Below, one piece after another: positions 58,235-64,000 of a stretch of DNA of 64,000 nucleotides. Every line of letters starts with the position of its first letter. Position 1 is the stretch's first letter. The DNA comes from Candidatus Sumerlaeaceae bacterium (lineage in GTDB: Bacteria; Sumerlaeota; Sumerlaeia; Sumerlaeales; Sumerlaeaceae): positions 166,664-230,663 of the forward strand of contig JBPCLP010000020.1 of the NCBI GenBank assembly GCA_051003195.1, given 5' to 3'. Both the position numbers and the translations under genes were made by a program. The notes under the pieces are model-generated. The model was not told the DNA's origin and ran no database searches. It saw only the letters and a list, made by a program, of their open reading frames with translations.

Positions 58235-58707
58235 CAGGAGCGGACCTCACGGGGAAATGGCACCGTCTTATGGGCACGCCAACTTTGCAACTGCAACACC
58301 AACTTGCCTGTTTAAGGACGCTTAGAAGGACAATGGTTGAGTTGGGCGGAAAATATGGCGCACGAAACCGCGCGACTTCTGATGCCGTGCGACTTACCGT
58401 CACATTTTGGCGCAACCTCGTGTATGTCGGGTCTTCCGGCATACCGCCGACGAGCCTTCGCAGACAGGGTTTCGACCTTTCTAAATCGCTGTCGCTGCAA
58501 AGGTTAAGCTGCATACTGTCGAATTCTAGCTTGTGAGCTGCATATGGAAATCTTATGCGGGAACAGTGCTTGCGTTTTGTCGCTGCCCGCAAGGGAAGAC
58601 AGGGAGAGTCTCCAGGCCAGGCGCCTTGCCCGTCAGCTATTCTGAGCTTGACGGGCCCTGGTGCCAGCTTCGCACTTCGGCTTACTTAAGGTAATAATAG
58701 ATTAGTT

Positions 58708-59637
58708 ATGATCCAGGTAGACAACATCTCGAAGAGCTACGGCGCCACTCGCGCGCTGAAGGGCGTTTCTTTTACAATCAACAAAGGTGAAATTGTCGGA
58801 TTTTTAGGCCCTAATGGCGCCGGTAAATCCACGACAATGAAGATTCTGACCTGCTACATGCCTGCCGATACGGGCACTGCCAGCGTGGCTGGTTTCGATG
58901 TATTCGACAACAGCCTCGAAGTTCGTCGGCACATCGGTTATCTGCCCGAAAGTGCGCCACTTTACACAGACATGCCCGTCGTCGATTTCCTGAATTTTGT
59001 CGGCACGATGCGCGGTGTGGGCGGCAGTCGGCTGAAGAAGCGCGTGACCGATGTGATCGATCGAACGGGGCTCGGCGGCGCAGTCGGCAAGAACATCAAC
59101 GAACTTTCCAAGGGATACCGCCAGCGAGTCGGAATTGCCCAGGCATTGATCCATGAACCCGACATTCTGATATTGGACGAGCCCACCAGCGGCCTGGATC
59201 CTAACCAGATTAAGGAAATCCGGGAGTTGATTCGCGAGATCGGGCGGGAGAAAACCGTGATTCTTTCCACGCACATTTTGCCGGAAGTTACGGCAACTTG
59301 TGACCGCGCCATCATTATCAGTGACGGGCGAGTCGTGGCCTCAGGCACGCCGCAGGAGCTGATGCAACGCGGAGTACAGGGAGCAAACGTCGTCGCCAGC
59401 ATACGCGGGCCGCAGCCGGGGGTTCAGCAGAAGCTGGCCCTGATTTCCGGTGTTGGCAACGTTCGCGAACTGGAAAGCTCGGGTAATGGTGTTGTACGCT
59501 ACCAGATTGACGGAGAAAAAGCGGCAGAGCTGCCCGAGAAAATTTTCCACGCGGCCGTTGAAAACAATTGGACCTTAACGGAGTTGCGCCAGGGCGGTGC
59601 GACGCTGGAGGAAGTGTTTGCTGAGCTGACTCGATAG
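58708..59637 (+). CDS. ABC transporter ATP-binding protein (GldA-like)
   Basis: GPNGAGKST, GYLPE..PLY, LSKGYRQRVG, ILDEP, STH. Confidence 0.92.
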   Translation: MIQVDNISKSYGATRALKGVSFTINKGEIVGFLGPNGAGKSTTMKILTCYMPADTGTASVAGFDVFDNSLEVRRHIGYLPESAPLYTDMPVVDFLNFVGTMRGVGGSRLKKRVTDVIDRTGLGGAVGKNINELSKGYRQRVGIAQALIHEPDILILDEPTSGLDPNQIKEIRELIREIGREKTVILSTHILPEVTATCDRAIIISDGRVVASGTPQELMQRGVQGANVVASIRGPQPGVQQKLALISGVGNVRELESSGNGVVRYQIDGEKAAELPEKIFHAAVENNWTLTELRQGGATLEEVFAELTR

Positions 59638-59650
59638 GTTGGCCCGGCGT

Positions 59651-59679
59651 TTGCAGCCGCGAGGCTGCGGTTGTATGCT
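59651..59679 (+). promoter_or_regulatory. Sigma70-like promoter for the small lipoprotein gene
   Basis: TTGCAG-17 nt-TATGCT upstream of SD GGAGGAGG. Confidence 0.5.
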
Positions 59680-59706
59680 GTAATAAATTATGGAGGAGGG
59701 TTGCAA

Positions 59707-59892
59707 ATGAAGAAGTTAATGCTGGTCCTTGCGGCGTTCGCGCTGTTGGGTCTTGCGGGTTGTGAGCAGGAATCCGGTACGTCCACCAAGACCGAGACCA
59801 AGACGGAAGGTCCGGGCGGCGAGACCAAGACGACCGAAAAACACGAAACAAAGACTGAAACGGACGCTAACGTTACGTCACCAGCGATCTAG
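59707..59892 (+). CDS. Small T/K/E-rich lipoprotein
   Basis: MKK, hydrophobic core, lipobox LAGC; TKTE repeats; strong SD. Confidence 0.8.
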   Translation: MKKLMLVLAAFALLGLAGCEQESGTSTKTETKTEGPGGETKTTEKHETKTETDANVTSPAI

Positions 59893-59902
59893 CTGCAAAT
59901 CA

Positions 59903-59940
59903 GCACGGGCGCTCGTGTTTGCGACGCCCGTGCGTTTTTT
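59903..59940 (+). terminator. Intrinsic terminator after the lipoprotein gene
   Basis: GCACGGGCG...CGCCCGTGC stem followed by GTTTTTT. Confidence 0.75.
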
Positions 59941-60132
59941 GGTTCGGGTGCTGCGCCTGAACAAATCGGGTAACATGCCGTGCCGTGTTTCCGGCGGCGC
60001 GTTGAAATCTGCTGAACCGTCGCAGATCCGCAGCGCTTTTGCGCACCAGTGTGACAGATTTATTTGATCGGCCGTGCCTCAAAAGTGCGGCAACTACATC
60101 TCGCTGCTGAGGAGTAATAAGCGAAAAGCATA

Positions 60133-60873
60133 ATGGCTACCATCTATCGAATTTTCAAAAAAGAGCTGGGCGGATATTTTAATTCGCCACTCGCCTATAT
60201 CTTCCTGATTGTTTTCCTGGTCCTCGGTCCAGCTCTCTTTTTCAATCTGTCCAGCGGAGGATTCTTTAAGGCGCGCCAGGCGAGCCTCGGCGGATTCTTC
60301 GCGTTTTTGCCCTGGCTGTTTCTTTTCTTTGTTCCAGCAATTGCAATGCGCATCTGGGCAGAGGAAAAGCGAAGCGGTACCGAAGAACTACTGATGACCA
60401 TGCCCGTGCGCGACTGGGAAGTCGTCGTCGGCAAGTATTTGTCGGCGCTGTCTCTCATCCTCATCGCATTGTTGTTTACCCTTCCCCTCGTCTACGTTGT
60501 CAGGCACTTTGCCGATCCCAAGACACCCGTGGACTGGGGGCCTGTATGGTGTGGCTATGTTGGTGCCTTCCTCCTCGGCGCCGCAATGCTCGCTATCGGC
60601 ACCTGGGCCTCCAGCCTCACGGTTAACCAGATCATTGCGTTCATCGTCACCTGTGCAGTAATCTTCCTGCTGATAATCTGCGGGCTCGACTGGGTGGATA
60701 GTATCTTCCCATCGCGCGTTGCCGAGGTAATCAAAAAGTTCAGTCTTATGCAGCACTTCATCAGCCTCTACCGCGGAGTGCTGGACCTGTCTGATATCGC
60801 GTATTTCCTCTCGATCGTGGTGTTCTTTCTTTTCCTGAACGTCCGCAGTGTCGAGAGCCGGAAATGGAAGTAA
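60133..60873 (+). CDS. ABC-2 permease (GldF-like)
   Basis: KELGGYFNSPLAY, MRIWAEEKRSGTEELL.T.P, GKY, NQIIA, RGVLD. Confidence 0.9.
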   Translation: MATIYRIFKKELGGYFNSPLAYIFLIVFLVLGPALFFNLSSGGFFKARQASLGGFFAFLPWLFLFFVPAIAMRIWAEEKRSGTEELLMTMPVRDWEVVVGKYLSALSLILIALLFTLPLVYVVRHFADPKTPVDWGPVWCGYVGAFLLGAAMLAIGTWASSLTVNQIIAFIVTCAVIFLLIICGLDWVDSIFPSRVAEVIKKFSLMQHFISLYRGVLDLSDIAYFLSIVVFFLFLNVRSVESRKWK

Positions 60874-60879
60874 CCCCCC

Positions 60880-62550
60880 ATGCCTAACACGTACGTACCC
60901 GATGCCGGCGCACGCCGAGCACGCACCCTGAAATACGGCACCAATGTGCTCGTTGGCACCATCCTGCTTCTGGTGATCCTTGTGGCAGTAAACTGGTTTG
61001 CGAACCGCCTTCAGAAGCGAGTCGACCTCACAGTCAACAAACAGTACACCACGAGCAAGGCCACGGAAGGATTGCTCGCCAGTCTCAAAGACAAAGTCAC
61101 CGTCAGCGTTTATGCGACGGAGAAAGATACCCCACCCGAATGGACCGAGCAGCGTAATCAGCTTCGTGATCTGCTGTATGAATATCGCCTCAAGTCGAAG
61201 CAGAAAGTGCAGTACACTCTTAAGGATCCAAGCGATTCAAAGGTGGAAGAAGAGGCAAAGAAAGCCGGTATTCGCCCCCAGGAAATGCAGCAGGCTTCCA
61301 TGACCGAATACTCCGTTAAGCTTGGGTACCTCGGCTTTGTTGTAGGATATAAGGGCAAGACAGAGGTTGTTCCATACATCCGTCCCGAGTCGTCCCTGGA
61401 GTATCAGCTCACGCGAGCGATCAACAAGGTAGCGCAGGTCAACATTCCTGTCGTCGGCGTGATGGCCCCGCAAGGGAATCCGATGATGGGCGAGCAAAGC
61501 CAGTTCGGTCTCATAAATGAATTCCTCGAGCAGGAAGGTTTTACCGTTCGCAGCCTTACCGCAGATAATCTGCGCGATCTTAAAGACGTTAAGATGATCA
61601 TGATCCTCGATCCGCAGGATCTCTCCGAAGAAGCTTTGTACCGGCTCGATCAATTCGTAATGAATGGCGGCAGGCTGCTCATCGCGGCCGCTGGCATTCA
61701 GATGAGCCAGCGTGGCGAAATGACACGTGCGACACCCAAAGCGCCAAACATCAACTCGATCCTCGAGCACTACGGTGCGCACATCGATGACAACTTGTTG
61801 GAAGATTGGAAGGACGGCATAGCCCAGGGTGGCATCACACCGAGCGGTCAGATGATCCGCTACACAAACCCATTCCTGATGCGAACCACGGATGTCTCTA
61901 AAGACAATCCGATCACCAAAAATCTCCCCGGCTTGTTCTTCGTTTACCCGTCCAGTGTATCGAAGAGTGCGCAGGGAACGAGCGGTTCGTTAGAGGTACT
62001 CGCGCAGACGTCACCGCGCACACGCACGCAGGAACAGTTCTTTGTTACAGAACCAAACAAGCTGAAGCCGCCGGCGACTGACGAGAAGCTGGGACCAAAA
62101 AGCCTGGTGGTTTCTCTCAAGGGACCGCTGGCCAGCCGCTTCGCTTCCGTCGATCCTCCGACTCTCACAATGGATGACGGTACTACGCAGACGGTGGACA
62201 AGAGCAGTGTGAAAACGCAGAGTCCGGCCGACTCACAGGTAATCGTGATCGGTTCTTCTGTCGGATTTACGGATCAGGCGATTTCGCGCTTTCAACCCAA
62301 CGTGATCTTCCCGATCAACGCAGCCGAAGCAATGACACGCGGCGGCGACATTCTGTCATTGCGTGGCAAGGACCTGTCGATTCCCGTGCTGCGGGATGTG
62401 ACAGCCAAACAGGCAGGCTGGACTCAGGCGCTCGTCATTGGCGGCGTGCCCGCACTCCTGGCGCTGCTCGGATTTATCAAGATGATCCTCAACCGCCGCC
62501 GCCGCGCACGTTATCGCGAGATATACGGAACACGTGCGGCCGCAGTCTAA
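60880..62550 (+). CDS. GldG family ABC auxiliary protein
   Basis: RVDLT..K.YT.S..T, LEYQLTRAI, LDQFVMNGG, C-terminal TM helix followed by an Arg cluster. Confidence 0.88.
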   Translation: MPNTYVPDAGARRARTLKYGTNVLVGTILLLVILVAVNWFANRLQKRVDLTVNKQYTTSKATEGLLASLKDKVTVSVYATEKDTPPEWTEQRNQLRDLLYEYRLKSKQKVQYTLKDPSDSKVEEEAKKAGIRPQEMQQASMTEYSVKLGYLGFVVGYKGKTEVVPYIRPESSLEYQLTRAINKVAQVNIPVVGVMAPQGNPMMGEQSQFGLINEFLEQEGFTVRSLTADNLRDLKDVKMIMILDPQDLSEEALYRLDQFVMNGGRLLIAAAGIQMSQRGEMTRATPKAPNINSILEHYGAHIDDNLLEDWKDGIAQGGITPSGQMIRYTNPFLMRTTDVSKDNPITKNLPGLFFVYPSSVSKSAQGTSGSLEVLAQTSPRTRTQEQFFVTEPNKLKPPATDEKLGPKSLVVSLKGPLASRFASVDPPTLTMDDGTTQTVDKSSVKTQSPADSQVIVIGSSVGFTDQAISRFQPNVIFPINAAEAMTRGGDILSLRGKDLSIPVLRDVTAKQAGWTQALVIGGVPALLALLGFIKMILNRRRRARYREIYGTRAAAV

Positions 62551-62592
62551 TTGAGCGTCCTTTAACATTACAAATGAAGTGCAGGTAGAACA

Positions 62593-63960
62593 ATGAAAAC
62601 CAGTTCAACACTCGGGCTTGGAGTCGTAGCGGCAGCGCTGGTTGCGGGCGCACTATTTTATGGCCGGCACGAAGAAACAATTATATCTGAGGCGCAGGCG
62701 CCCGTGAAGACCATTAGCCCCGGTATCACTTCGAATACCGTGGAGCGTATTGAAATCGCGGTGCCGGGTGAGACATCGACTTCTCTTACGAAGAGAGACG
62801 GTGTCTGGTACACGAACGTCGATCGCAGGCATCGTGCGGACAAGGGTGCTGTAAACGGCATTTTCACCGCACTGGAAAAAGAACTGGCTGGCGAAGTCGT
62901 ATCTTCCGATCCGGACAGTTATGCTGATTACCAGGTAAATGAAACCAGCGGTACTCGTGTGCGCCTGTATGAGCCGGGTAAGAGTGAGGCATCACACGAC
63001 TTCCTTATCGGCAAGGATGGGGCTGCTGCGTTTACAACTTTCATGCGCGAAGCGCACGGCACGGATGTGATCAACGCACGCGCTTCACTTTCGTACACCT
63101 TTAAGCGTGCCGAAGGATGGCGGGATAAACAGATCCTCGAGTTTCCTCAGGATGCGGTAACACGTGTGGCGGCCGAGGGGACCTCCAGCACGTTTGAAGT
63201 CGCGAAAAACGAGGCCGGAACATGGAAAGTGCTGAAGCCGGATCTTGGCGATGCACAGCCAACCAAAGTAACTCCGATGCTATCGATGGCATCTACGTTG
63301 CGCGCAAACGAGTTCGTTGAAACCACACAGCCGCTGGCAGAACTTGGACTCGATCCACCGCGCCAGAAGCTTACGATTACTTACGACGATAAATCCACTT
63401 CACCGCCAAAATCCGAAACTGCGATCCTGCTGATCGGCGACAAGAAGAGCGAAGGGCAGTATTATGCCAAGCGCCCCGACGCGGATGATGTTTACAGCAT
63501 CGGTGAATACATGGCTACGACATTTGCGCCCGAGCCGAATTCCCTCGCGCTGACGCCACCTGCCCCCCCAGCGACGGAAACAACTGCTACTGCCTCGCTC
63601 GAGACAACAGCCACTGCGACCGGAGAGACAACGGGAATTATGGAGACGGCGCCAGCACCGGCACCAGCCGATACACCTACGACAGGTCCCGCGCCAGGTA
63701 CTTTGTCGACTCAGCCTGCGGTGCCAACGTCCGATGTTATTCGTGAATCCGCTTCTGCCCCGGCATCGGGCGCAGAAGCCAGCACCAGTACGGAAAACGC
63801 AATTCCCCCGGCGGCTCCTGCAGCCCCGGCCGCTGTAGTACCCCCAGCACCGCCCGCCACCGATACAGCCGCAAGCAGCCCGACGGAGGCCGCCGTCGCG
63901 CCGCCTTCCGCGCCTTCTGAAACTTCAGCCTCTGCAGCCGTGACCACCAGCACACCCTGA
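62593..63960 (+). CDS. DUF4340 family protein with a long Pro/Ala/Thr-rich tail
   Basis: N-terminal anchor, WRDK.I, LGLDPP, LLIG...Y repeats, usual position after gldG; about 140-aa PAT-rich tail. Confidence 0.8.
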   Translation: MKTSSTLGLGVVAAALVAGALFYGRHEETIISEAQAPVKTISPGITSNTVERIEIAVPGETSTSLTKRDGVWYTNVDRRHRADKGAVNGIFTALEKELAGEVVSSDPDSYADYQVNETSGTRVRLYEPGKSEASHDFLIGKDGAAAFTTFMREAHGTDVINARASLSYTFKRAEGWRDKQILEFPQDAVTRVAAEGTSSTFEVAKNEAGTWKVLKPDLGDAQPTKVTPMLSMASTLRANEFVETTQPLAELGLDPPRQKLTITYDDKSTSPPKSETAILLIGDKKSEGQYYAKRPDADDVYSIGEYMATTFAPEPNSLALTPPAPPATETTATASLETTATATGETTGIMETAPAPAPADTPTTGPAPGTLSTQPAVPTSDVIRESASAPASGAEASTSTENAIPPAAPAAPAAVVPPAPPATDTAASSPTEAAVAPPSAPSETSASAAVTTSTP

Positions 63961-64000
63961 TACTTCCTAAAAAACCACCATCTCGCGGCGGGTGCACAGC

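Noticed and set aside
58708..62550. Gliding motility machinery
   Set aside because: GldA/F/G-like ABC systems are widespread in non-gliding bacteria, and no gldK-N or spr genes are present here.
63550..63960. Tandem repeat or CRISPR-like array
   Set aside because: Only low-complexity Pro/Ala/Thr coding sequence. I saw no regular repeat-spacer array, cas gene, transposase or integrase anywhere in the window.

Overview
A GC-rich bacterial chromosomal segment using standard code 11, with about 50 genes. It mixes housekeeping genes (dnaN, dusB, coaE, rho, trxB, a tandem-domain thyX, tRNA-Gln, and a partial F-type ATP synthase operon atpZ-I-B-E-F-H-[dinB-like]-A) with envelope and secretion modules. 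Those modules include a MoxR/DUF58/BatA/VWA/ABC operon, a GldA/F/G-like ABC system with DUF4340, GT-C-type glycosyltransferases, an O-antigen ligase-TPR protein, a large amidase-Fn3 exoprotein and a heparinase/alginate-lyase-like enzyme. The C-terminal 'DWQxY' tails remind me of Candidatus Sumerlaeota (BRC1)-type proteins; this is recollection, not verified. Best candidates for new biology: (1) a translationally coupled, signal-peptide-less trio of class A beta-lactamase-like hydrolase, M15 Zn-peptidase and PafA/Dop/GCS-fold ligase with no Pup or proteasome genes nearby; (2) a shared C-terminal T-T-x(2-3)-D-W-Q-x-Y tail on two unrelated extracellular-type proteins, a candidate sorting signal; (3) a roughly 180-235 nt highly structured intergenic RNA with an extended SD, a 12-codon amber-terminated ORF and its own terminator. 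Also seen: a 1.32 kb integrase-less islet bounded by tRNA 3'-end repeats, a Rex/CRP-type operator before the atp genes, a DinB-family gene embedded in the atp operon, an in-frame TGA in a glycosyltransferase gene, and two gene remnants. All family assignments come from motif recognition by eye; no searches were run.
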